Source of the DNA: Dictyostelium fasciculatum
Taxonomy: Eukaryota
NCBI RefSeq assembly: GCF_000203815.1
Contig: NW_004457713.1
Location: 73,358-137,357 of the forward strand
Reading direction: 5' to 3'
Length of the DNA stretch: 64,000 bases
Position 1 is the stretch's first letter; each line of letters opens with the position of its first letter. The position numbers were made by a program, and so were the translations under genes. Positions 13,003 through 24,055 of this stretch are shown piece after piece. The notes beneath the pieces were generated by a model. It was not told the origin of the DNA. It ran no database searches and saw only the letters and a program-made list of their open reading frames with translations.

Positions 13003-13639
13003 TTTTATGATGATACTTTCGTAATCCGAAATCTATTTATAAAAGATATATGTTTGTTGTGTAACAAGAAGAAAAGGGATGAATAGTTGTGAATCCACTA
13101 TCTATGATCGATATTTAGTTGATGTTGTGATTGTGACCTACCAACATTATAAAAAATGAGGGTAGGATGCGATGATGTTGATGATATTCGTTACTACTAT
13201 GTTTTGTTGTTTCTACTCTCTATCTATCTATCGATATCTTAACGTCTGCTGGCTGTTGCTGTTGTTATATGTGTGTGTCTCTCCGAGATAGGCCCTTTTG
13301 AATCGATAGTGATTGTTGGTTATAAAAATATTAATATAATAATATTATTATTATTGTTGTTTGGGTTACTATTAGCTAACAAATTTTGGTTATGATCTTT
13401 TTTGATGGTGGATGTGTCCTCAACACAAAACCTCTGTTTTTCGCTCACCCCTTTTCTGATTTTTTTGTTTTTTGGTGCACCAAAATTTTTTTTTTTTTTT
13501 TTTTTTTGATTGCTCGAGGTGATTATTTATTTTTATTTAATATTATTTATTTTCCTCCTCCTTTTTAGATTAAACTGTTGTTCATTTCTTTGCAAAAATA
13601 AACTATAGGAAAAAAACATATTTGGTTTATTCTTTCAAT

Positions 13640-13665
13640 CAACCTTCTCTCTCTCTCTCTCTCTC
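13640..13665. repeat. (CT)n dinucleotide repeat plus adjacent T18 tract in the mrfA upstream region
   Basis: ctctctctctctctctct at ~13640 and a tttttttttttttttttt run at ~13487-13505. Confidence 0.9.
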
Positions 13666-14019
13666 TCACAATTATTTTGATGCAACGTTTTTCGTGCACA
13701 GTGTGGTTGGTTGGTTTAACCAGAGATCTCACACGTCTTGCATTTCTGGGTGTCGATGATAAAACAAACATAATGAAAATGTTGGTAGAGAGGTGGTGCA
13801 ATTCACCTGTGTAGGTATAAAAAAAAAAGCTTGTAAAATACAATACAAAACATCCATCGATCAAACCATCAATCTCATCTCGATGTTGCCTGTTTCCTAC
13901 CACACAACAACAACAACAACAATGACGACTACTATTTTGTTTAATATATTTAAGAAGAGAGGTGTTGACTTGTTTTAAAAAATATTTTATATAGTTAGTG
14001 TAACACTAAAAGTTGTTGA

Positions 14020-15078
14020 TTAAAGTTTAGCTTTTGGGATTTCTTCATCCAAGAAGAAATCAGTGATAAGAGAGGCACCTGGAGTATAGGAGTATTGATC
14101 CAAATCGGTAATACCCAATTCCTTGGTAATGATATCATCGTCGATGGCAAAATTACCGGTATAGGTGATTGGTTGTGTAAGAAGCCAATGGGCAGCGTCA
14201 GACATGATGGCTGGTTTTCTACATTGGTCTTTGACTTCACCACCACCTCCAATCATTTCCATGGCTGCCGTATATACAGCGGTTCTTGGCCACAAAGCAT
14301 TGACAGCAACACGACCTTTGAATTCCTCGGCCATACCCAACACACACATTGACATACCATACTTTGCCATTGTGTAGGCAACATGACCTTTGAACCATTT
14401 CTTGTCCATGTTTAATGGTGGTGAGATATTTAATACATGTGGATTCTTTGATTTCAATAGATATGGTAAACATTTTTGTGTTGTCAAGAATGTTCCTCTT
14501 GCATTGATTCCATTCTATAGAAATTAAATAATAAAAACATAGAGAGTATAGTGTTAGAGGAGATCTAATGATAGCTGATTAGTTCATATTAATTAGTTAC
14601 CATTAGATCATATTTCTTTGAAGGGGTTTCCAATGTACCAGTTAAAGAGATTGCACTAGCATTATTGATTAAAATATCGATACCACCAAATGTTTCTACA
14701 GCCTTTTGAACAGCAGCCTCTATCTGTTCTTCATTTCTAATATCACAAATACATGCTAAACATTTACCACCTGCATCTTCAATCTCCTTTTTTGCAGTAT
14801 AAATTGTACCTGGTAACTTTGGATGTGCTTCTGCTGTCTTTGCTGCAATAATGATATTTGCTCCATCTTTTGCAGCTCTAAATATAATATAAGAGGTAGA
14901 GTAGAGAGAGAGAGAGAAAGGGATAGATAAAAAAGAAGGTTAGCTTAACCTATTATTACCAAATACATTGATCAGATGATTATTTGTTTATTAGATCTAT
15001 CCTTACCTAAGAGCTATTTCTTTGCCAATACCACGACTTGCACCTGTAATAAAAATGGTTTTACCTTTGAGTGACATC
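14020..15078 (-). CDS. Short-chain dehydrogenase/reductase, HSDL2-like, 3 exons (~15008-15078, ~14650-14880, 14020-14510)
   Basis: MSLKGKTIFITGASRGIGKEIAL (Rossmann TGxxxGIG), then ...ILINNASAISLTGTLETP (the NNAS motif) and ...YTMAKYGMSMCVLGMAEEF (YxxxK catalytic). Introns begin GTAAGG/GTAACT. Confidence 0.8.
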
Positions 15079-15279
15079 TTATCTATCTCTTTGTTGTTGT
15101 TGTTTATAATGTTATAAAGTATAATAACTAAATTTTATTACACAAATACTAGTTGTTGGGTTGTTTGAAAAAAAAAATCAAATTAATTGTAATTCGATAA
15201 TAATTTCCTTTTTTGTCAATGGCGATTGAAATTTCCTCTTTTTTTTGATTTGTACTTTAATATTTATGATTTTATAACT

Positions 15280-18200
15280 TTATTCGGCATAATAAATAGT
15301 ATCTTTTTGAGAGGTATCAATTAAAATATGAGGATGTTTTTCTTGTAGTTGTACTGGGTTGATGTTGAGACATTGTCGTACATGGATCTTGACCAATTCA
15401 AAGGATTCCGATGCAATGAGATTGGCACCAGCAGTAGTCATCAGACAACCACCGATAGATATCTTGCGGAGGTTTTGGAAACGGAGAATGTGGTGAGCAG
15501 AGACATCGCTAATCTTTCTGCATCCAACCAAAGAGAGAACTTCCAAAGTCGAATAGATGGCACCTTCAGACAGTGCTTTGATACCTTCGTCAGTGATATT
15601 GACGACTGCATCAATCTTTAGTTTCTTGAGACTGGTGAGTGATGATGCAATACGTTCGATTGAAGTGTCGGTAAGGTTCTTGCAAAATGCAATGTTGAGA
15701 GAGGTAAGTTGTTTACAGGAATGTGTGATCGAGTGTATGGTTTGAAATTCAATGTTTCCATAACTCCAATCGAGTTGGGTGAGTTTGGGCATTGAATGAA
15801 TTTCACCATCCTCTGACAACATGGTAACGTCTTGGAGACCATAACAACGACGTAAACGGAAATTAGTAAGCTTGGTACATCCTTTGGTGATACATCCCAA
15901 GTCTGACGATATCTTGTGGCAGCCAGAGATATCGAGTTCGACCAACTCTTGACAACCGCGACCGATTGGCTTGAGCGAGGTGACGTTGTTGAGATTAGCC
16001 ATTCTAAAGATTCTCAATTTCGAGCAATGTTGTGCGATATAGGCAATACCAACATCGCTGATTGAACTACAGTAGGAAATGTCAAGTTCCAAGAGCGAGT
16101 TTGTAAACTTGGTCATTGCAGTGATACCTTGGTCCGATATGATTGGATTGTGTGTAAAGTTGGCGTACTGTAGGTCGGGACAATACTTGCCAATGAGACG
16201 GAGTGTATTGTCAGAGGCAGAGGCAATAGATTGTGCAAGACTGATGAGTCTAATGTCGTGGAGGTTTCTAAAGAGCTTGTCAATGGCCGACGATGTAACG
16301 TTGCGACATTTGTTCATTGACAACTCTTTGAGCAAGAGACAGTTGTTGGCGATGGCGTGGACAGTGGCATCACCGATTTGGTGACAGCCCGAAAAATCAA
16401 TGATAGCCAACTTGGGCGATTGTTGAATGAGTGCGACTGCTGAATGGTCGGATATATTACATTTCTTGAGATATACATTGACGAGTGGCAACTGCATGTT
16501 GGCAATGGCAATGATCTTGTCGTCGGTGATAGATTTACATTTTGTGAGGTTGAGTGTGTGCAAATGAGTGAGTGGTTTGTTTGTGGGTGGTGATTGTGGA
16601 GTGAGCGTAGTGGACAAGAGAAGAATGTTGTTGAGTGATGATACCAATGTGCCAGAGGCAACTACTGGATTGTTGACGTGGCTGTTGGCTCTTCCCAATG
16701 CCTTGTCAATAAAGCAATGCTTGATGGTGTGATGTGGAGAGATGGGACCACTGTCGCTGTTGGACAGTTGCTTCTCAATCGATCCAGGTGCAGACGAAGA
16801 ATGGAGTGGGTGGTGGTCTTTGGTGAGGAGATTGGTTGGAATGATGGTACTGACATTTGTACAAGAGACAAGACTGAGTGTCTCGAGATGTAGAAGCTTT
16901 CGGACGATCAGTTCGACAGTGCTGTCTGTGATTTGCTTGCATCCATCCAACACCAACATCTTTACACGTGGACTGTATTCAATGATACCTTCGATAAACT
17001 CGATTGGCAAATGACTGCAGTCCTTGAGTGACATGTGTGCAATTCTCAAGAGACGATCCTCGACAAAGTCCAAAATCGATGGACATCCAATAGCAGATTG
17101 GTAAAATTCGACAAACTGTGACGACGATGTAAACTTTTTAATGTGGTTGATAATAATGTCACGGTTGTATGGGTCGAGGTCGATACCCTTTTGAAAGAGA
17201 CTTCCAGCCTTTTTGAGTAATTTGATAGAGGCCATTTTGGTGTGTGGTCTCTTTGAACACATGATACCATAGACATGTGATAGATATCCATAACGAATAT
17301 AGGCACATCCCATTTCAATACGAATGATTGACATTGGATCAGAGTCTAGAAGCTTTTGTATTTCGTTTTCGTCTTTTTTCTTTGATACAAAGCTCTTGTG
17401 TGATACATTGTCATAGACTGAACGATGAATAAGATCTGGTGACTCTGATGCTTCCTTTTCTTGCATGAGCAACTCAAAGGGTGAGAGATTTTGAGTGATT
17501 GCTTCGGCAATTTCGCGGTGGTGTGATTCTGGTAACTTTTCAAACGACTGAATCAAACAGTTGAGTACTGTCGATGCACCGGCATAATAGGCAGCCGACT
17601 CTTTGAAACTTTGAGAAGTATGGAATCCCTTTTCAATAAATTGTGATTTTTGGAGTACAACTGGGAATTTGGAGGGATTAATCTTGATGGCTTCGATGAT
17701 CTTTTTACTTGCTCGAGAGAATACTTTGCTACGCAATCCATTTGCTTCGTTCATATCCAATTCAATATTGTTGTGTGTACCATTGATGCAAAGAAATTCG
17801 GCATACTCGAGTAAAACATTGTCGAGTGTAATCTTGGGACGTCCACCATCACAAACACTAGCACGTAACTTGTCTTCGGCAGCGTCATAATGAAGATCAG
17901 CCATATCCGGACTACATAGACGAGACATTCTTGCACGTTCGACCAACATGAGTGCCCAATTGGCAGATACCTCACCACTGTGAGGAGATACAGAGAGAGC
18001 ACTTCTAAAATGATCATCGGCCAAACTCATCAAACGTTCGGCGATTCTTGAAGTGTCAACATCGGTTGGACAATGACATTGTTGAGTGTCCTTTTCACGT
18101 GTTTGTTCTTGTTTGGCTTCATCCCACAGTACCATACCTTCGGCAAACTCGACAAGATGATGAGCCTTTACCTTGGCCTTCATACGTTTAACATCGGATT

Positions 18201-21200
18201 GTACCAAACGAATACCATCGTTTTTCATCAATTCCGAAGATGCTCTTTTAGTCAAAGCTACACCCGTAAGTTGACTAAATCTCTTCATTACCCATTGAAT
18301 ATCGACGAGGTCAACAAAAAATTCTTCTTCCTCTTTGATATCTACACCTCTAATGTACTTTTTCAACATATCTTCATCAAATTTCTTATTGTGAATTTGT
18401 TCAAATGTAATAATCTCTCTTGATTTTGGAATAATTTGAAAAGTTCCAACAAATTTCTTTCTAATCGATTCCCTAATGATATATATAAAATAAATGAAAA
18501 TAAATTGAAAAAAATAAAAAAGATTAATTAATAAATGGGTTCCATTTTTGTTTTGTTTCTACGACGTCTTTGACATACTTTATAGAATCAGGCCAGATTT
18601 TTCCTTTTGGAGTTTGTTCATATGTAAAAATAGTATTAAAGTAATGAACAACCACCTCTTTAAATGGTTCTTCAGAAGGAGTATCTGCTGTTTTCATTTT
18701 GCCTCTAAATAGTGACATGATTTCACTACGCATTGTTCTTGCTAAAATTTCACCCAAAATGATCTTTCGAAGTGAATTACATGTAAACAATCTTCTAGCA
18801 AGTCCCAAATATCTACAATTAATTCCCATTCTATGTAATTCTTGTGTAAGATGTAATTCTCTTTTTTCCATTGAATCCATGTGATCTAAATGATAAACAA
18901 ATTTTGGTATAACTTGTAAAAATAATCTATATGATGCTTCTTTTACTTCATCTAAAAAAATAAAAAGAATAAGAAAATAATTAAGGAGATTTTTTTTTTC
19001 TATAATTTTTTTTTTACTTACAATTATGTTCTGTAGAATTTGGATCAAATTTACCCCAACCGGTTAACGCATCTGATGATAATGGATTTTTATTTGATTT
19101 TACTAATTCAGGCTATAAAAGAAAAAGAAAAGTGTTTGGTTTAGTTTTGATTTTTTAGATTTTTTTTAGATTTTTGTTTCCATCCAACATACTCTAATTA
19201 ATTCATATAAATGAGAAGGAGGAGTATTATCATTAATTTTAACAATTGGAGGATAAACTCTTGCAAAATCTAAAAGATAATGTAAACCATCTGAACCAAT
19301 ATGACCTTCAATATCACCACAAGAATGTAATAATCTTGGAGAATCTTTTCCAACAAGATGACCTTTAAGATTGAGAGCTTGTGCTGATTGTTTCATTTTT
19401 TCGTTGAATCCAGGATCTTCGCTGTGAACTGTTATACCACCATCACTGCTACCATAGACAATAGTCTCTGAATTGATTGGTAACAATGACATGGCAACCA
19501 AACGATAACCTCTATAGTCGATCAATGCCATCAATGGATGATGTAAATCCTCTACTCTAGCATTGTAATAACTCATCAATCCCTTTAATTCATGACCTGC
19601 TGCTTTCATTGCATTCTTATCACCTGCATATAATCCTTGTGAATCTAATGCCAACTAAAATAGATAATAAAAAAAAAAAAAAAAAAAAGTTAATAAAGAG
19701 AAACATTTATATTATATTTTTTCTTCTTTTTTCTTTTTCTTTTTTCACTTACTTTAAATAAGATACCACAAGAAATATATTTATGACCACCGGCAACACC
19801 ACCAATATTGATTGGTTTAATAGTTTTGAGGTGAAGAGGTAGAGTAAGTTCAGAGATGATAACCTTTCCATAGATTTTGGCAGTGTATACAAAATCGTGT
19901 GCCAATTTACTAATCTCTCTGTATCCTTCCATTTTGTTGTTATTGACCAATGTTTGAAACTCTGCATTCCAATCTTTGGCGGTGGACAGTACCTTTTGTA
20001 CTGGTTTTAGGATGGCAGCCTTTTCATCGTATTCGTCTGCCATGTAGCCGGCACCTACTCTTGGGTAGGGTGGTGTTGTTGACGATGCTTGAGCATCGAC
20101 ATAGGATGATTTGACAGCCGACAAGTAGGACTGTGGTAGATGATTTCTATCGGGTGGTTCCAAAGCTCTTACTTTGTTCATTTCGCCAGTCTCTATCGAT
20201 GGCAGCGTATAAGGTGTAATGGTATGAGGAAATGCCAATACAGGTGTTTTATGTGGTGCTGGTTGTGGTGTAGATGGACCAACCACATCATCTATTGTTG
20301 AAGGTGCAGTCATTGATATAATTGGTTGTGATTGTGTTATAAATGGTGGTTTATGATTATTATTATTATTATTATTACTATCTTTATTTGTTGGTACTCC
20401 ATAGAAATAATTATTACTTGATGAAGTTGATGAATCGAGTTGAGGAGAATTGGTTGGTGATGATATATTTGCGGTTGGTATATGTTTGATGTTATCAAGT
20501 GATGATGCAGATGTTAACGATTCCATTGAAGGTGATTGTTGTTGTTCAAGTAATGATGGATAAGATGTTTGATGTTGTGCTGGAGGTACTTGTTGACTTT
20601 GTTGACTTTGTTGTTTCAAAGAAGAAGAAGAAGAAGAAGAAGTTCTTGGTCTTTGACGAGATTTATAAAAAGAAGCATCAGATGATGATGAAGTCTCGTC
20701 AAGAGACTCTACATTTGAATCGTGAGCATAGGAATAACCCATGTCATCGTGATCGTGATGTCCTTTGTAGCCATACAATTCAGAGATGTGTTGTTTCTGT
20801 TCGTCGGTTGGATGTTGATAGACATACAATGAAAATCTTCTTGCTTTTTTCTCTGTACTACTCATACTACCACCACTACTATTACTACCCATACTCTGAC
20901 TTAACATATTACCTGATTTACTTATAGTAGGACTACCATTACTATGTTGAATGGTATTGTTTCCATTACCGTTACTATTACTATTACTATTACTATTTTT
21001 TATATGATTATTATTATTATTACTATGATGAATATTGTCTGTTGTTATATTTGATACGTCATTACTACTTTGAATAGGTGATCCACCCATACCCATAAAA
21101 GGTATTTCATACTTTGGTGGATGATTGATATCAGTGTTCAAGTTTAGACTAGCTAACTTTTGTTTAATCAATCGTTCCTTTTCCTCTAGACTATCAATCT

Positions 21201-21321
21201 TTGATATCATATCTTCATCTTTTCGATTACCATTACTAGTACCGTTATTCTCTAAATAAACCTCTCCACCATAATGCATATTATTATCATTATTGTTATT
21301 ATTATTATTATTGTTACTCAT
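15280..21321 (-). CDS. Large CLU-domain protein fused to Cys-containing leucine-rich repeats (F-box/LRR-like). About 4+ exons: 19690-21321, 19166-19654, ~18524-19030, 15280-~18476.
   Basis: The N-terminal exon is poly-N/S-rich. The CLU central domain spans two exons (...LKGLMSYYNARVEDLHHPLMALIDYRGYRLVAMSLLPI...GLHYLLDFARVYPP). The C-terminal 1029-aa exon has many LRR_cc repeats (ISDVGIAYIAQHCSKLRIFRMANLNNVT...LDISGCHKISSD...). Its exon acceptor at ~18477 is verified (cattag|GGAATCG continues the ORF upstream of its first Met). The neighbouring donor was not resolved. Confidence 0.65.
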
Positions 21322-21942
21322 TTTCGTAATATATATATATATATATAGTTGAGAGAGAAGAGAAAAGTAAGTTAGCTCTTAAGCTACAGCAACACAAAAA
21401 AGAGAGGATAGAGGATTTAAAATTGATGTGTACTCTTGTTGTTGTTGTTGTTGCTTGTTGTCTACTACTACTATCTATCTAGTTTTAAATATTATATATA
21501 TATAATGTTATAAATTACACTAATGTTATAAATCTATATGTTGTAATGTTATTATTCTAAATTAATTTTAATACACTTTTTAAACAAGAAGAGGTGTTTG
21601 TTTAATAATTCTATAGTTTTAATCGATTTTGTGACAACATAGAGAAAAATTCGAGTTTTGAGGGGGAGAACCGTCTTCCAAAAAAGGAATTTAAAAACGA
21701 AGGTGATTTAGGGCATTCCAAAATGTTGTAGTGTAAGTTTACGCTCTAGAGTCCTTTTTAATAATATTATTGGTTTTAAAAAAAAAGACAGGATAATTAA
21801 ATTTATTTATTAATTATTTTAAATATGTTGTTTTTACACAAGCGTATATATATAACACATATGATGAGATGGCTGGTTACTTGTTTTGAAAAAAAAGAAT
21901 GATACTTCTTTTTAATTATTATTATTGTTAGGTTTGTTTGGT

Positions 21943-23481
21943 TTAAATACCTGGTAATGGGAATTGTTTAGAGAATGATTCAACTTGAGATTTAATTTCT
22001 TTGATTTCTTGGTTGCTTTCGAGGGCAGCAGTGAAATCGACCAACTTTGGACCAACCTTGGTTTGAATGTCAATGCAAATCTTGAGGATACGATCGAGGA
22101 ATTCGACGACCTTTACAAAATCTTGTTCCTTGAAACCACGAGAGGTGAGGGCTGGAGCACCGATACGGACACCACCTGGGGAGAGAGCACTGGCATCACC
22201 GTGGACAGCATTTTTGTTGACAGTGATGTTGGCAGCATCACAAGCCTTTTCAAACTTGTTGCCAGTGATTCCTTGTGGACGGAGATCCCACAAGACGAGA
22301 TGGTTGTCAGTGCCACCAGTCACCAACTTGTAACCCTTGGCAATGAGATTCTCGCCAATGGTACGAGCATTCTTTTGGACTTGAGCAGCGTATTCGTGGA
22401 AAGCAGGTTGAGAGGCTTCGAGGAGGGCAACGGCAACACCAGCAATGACATTTTCGTGTGGACCACCTTGGAGCATTGGAAAGACGGCAAAGTTGATCTT
22501 GTTTTCAATTTCGGGGATTGACTTTTTGAAAAAGATGATACCGGAACGTGGACCTCTGAGAGTCTTGTGAGTGGTGGTGGTAACGACATCACAGTACTTG
22601 AATGGCGAGTCGAGGAGGTTGGCAGCAACCAAACCAGAATAGTGAGCCATATCACACATCAAATAGGCACCGACACTATCAGCAATCTCACGGAACTTGG
22701 CATAGTTCCATTCACGTGGATATGCAGAGCCACCACAAATGATGAGCTTTGGCTTAAAGAGGTGTACATTCTCTTGGAGACGTTGGTGGTCGATCAAACC
22801 ATCGGCACCGATTTGGTATGGCATCGATTCAAAGTAGACAGAACTGGCTGAAATCTTCTTTTTAGCGGTTTGGTAACCGTGTGTCAAATGACCTCCAGAT
22901 GGGAGATCAAGTCCCATGATACGGTCGTGTGGTTGGAGAAGAGCAGTATATACTTCAAAGTTGGCTGGTGATCCACTGTATGGTTGAACGTTGGCTCCCC
23001 ATTCCTTTTCGTCGAGATGGAAACATTTCAAAGCTCTTGCGATACACAATCTTTCCAATTCATCGACAACTTCAGCACCACCATAATATCTAGCACCTGG
23101 ATATCCTTCAGCATATTTATTGGTAAAATGTGATCCAATAGCTTCCATAACTGCTTTTGATGTAAAGTTCTAGAAATAAATAAATAAATATATATATTAG
23201 TATATAGATCTATATTATATAAACAACAAAGAAAGAGTAAAACACAAAAACACTACATACTTCTGAAGCAATTAATTCCAAACCATCAGTTTGTCTTTTC
23301 TTTTCTCTACCAATCAAGTTGAATACATCTTTATCTACAGTCTCTAATGATCTGCATCCAATAAATTCTTCTGTTGACTAATAATAATAGTAATAGTAAT
23401 AATAGGTAGAATGAATGAAGAGTTAGTATTAAATACGTTGTATGTGAACTTCAGTTGCTACACTACACATCTCTCTTACCA
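21943..23481 (-). CDS. shmt: Serine hydroxymethyltransferase (SHMT), 3 exons: 23479-23481 (start codon only), 23261-23377, 21943-23169
   Basis: Exon 1 is ATG|GTAAGAG. Exon 2 is [39 protein letters not shown]. Exon 3 is [31 protein letters not shown]... with a PLP-binding region ([14 protein letters not shown]). All junctions are in phase. Confidence 0.9.
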
Positions 23482-23669
23482 TGGTTGGTTATAATATATA
23501 AGTAGTACTTGAGTGTATAAAGAAAAATAAATAAAAATGATTAATAAGAGATGGTTGGTATACCTTTTACTAGTGATAAAAATAAAACTATTAATTAAAT
23601 TAAATGTTTATGATGATTCATCCGTTTGCAAGAACAACAAAAAAGAATAAGATCAGTTTTGAGTTCGCA

Positions 23670-23855
23670 CAAATTTTTTGGGTGGTCAGAGCAATTTACC
23701 GAACCACGGGCGTACCTCTGCATCGTGATGCTCGTTTGTTAGACTCGGTCGTTGCAGATCAGCAGTCGGCTGATGAGTCACTCAAGATACCATTTCCCAA
23801 TCTATCTACCGCCTTCGTGGATATTATCCCGACCGAAAAGAGATGATCACCACAT
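23670..23855. ncRNA. Candidate structured ncRNA of unassigned class. It is a GC-rich island of ~180 nt with box C/D-like termini (minus-strand reading: 5'-GUGG-UGAUCA ... CUGA-CCAC-3').
   Basis: GC is about 50% against roughly 20% background, and codon usage is non-Dictyostelium in the overlapping ORF 23604-23846. The plus strand has an Sm-site-like AAUUUUUUGG at ~23672 and a CUGAUGA box. It is intergenic, between SHMT (5' end) and RasGEF (3' end). Confidence 0.4.
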
Positions 23856-24013
23856 TTTATTGTAAAGTAAAAAAAAACTACTATTTATTTATTTTTTAAA
23901 AAGATGTTAAAAGTAGTATTTATACATGGAATTGGGGAAAAAATACAAAATATTAATAATATTACTATTGTTGTTGTTGTTGTTATTGTTATTGGTTGTA
24001 ATTTGTGTGGAAA

Positions 24014-24030
24014 GGGGGGGGGGGGGGGGG
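24014..24030. repeat. G17 homopolymer, 25 bp downstream of the RasGEF stop codon
   Basis: aaag(g)17tt. This is highly atypical in an AT-rich genome. A near-identical tract lies at 27853-27868. Confidence 0.95.
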
Positions 24031-24055
24031 TTAAGTTGTTGTTATTGTTATAAGA

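Noticed and set aside
13565-13903. 112-aa minus-strand ORF containing RERERERR
   Set aside because: It is generated by the (CT)n microsatellite and T-rich promoter DNA upstream of mrfA, and is not a gene.
21985-22851. Plus-strand ORFs (178 aa etc.) inside SHMT
   Set aside because: They are antisense to the conserved SHMT coding exon.
23604-23846. 80-aa ORF (MFMMIHPFARTTKKN…) as a protein-coding gene
   Set aside because: Its GC content and codon usage (CCG, CGG, GGC, ACG-type codons) are foreign to the surrounding genome. It has no recognisable domain and sits exactly on the GC-rich island, which is better explained as an ncRNA.
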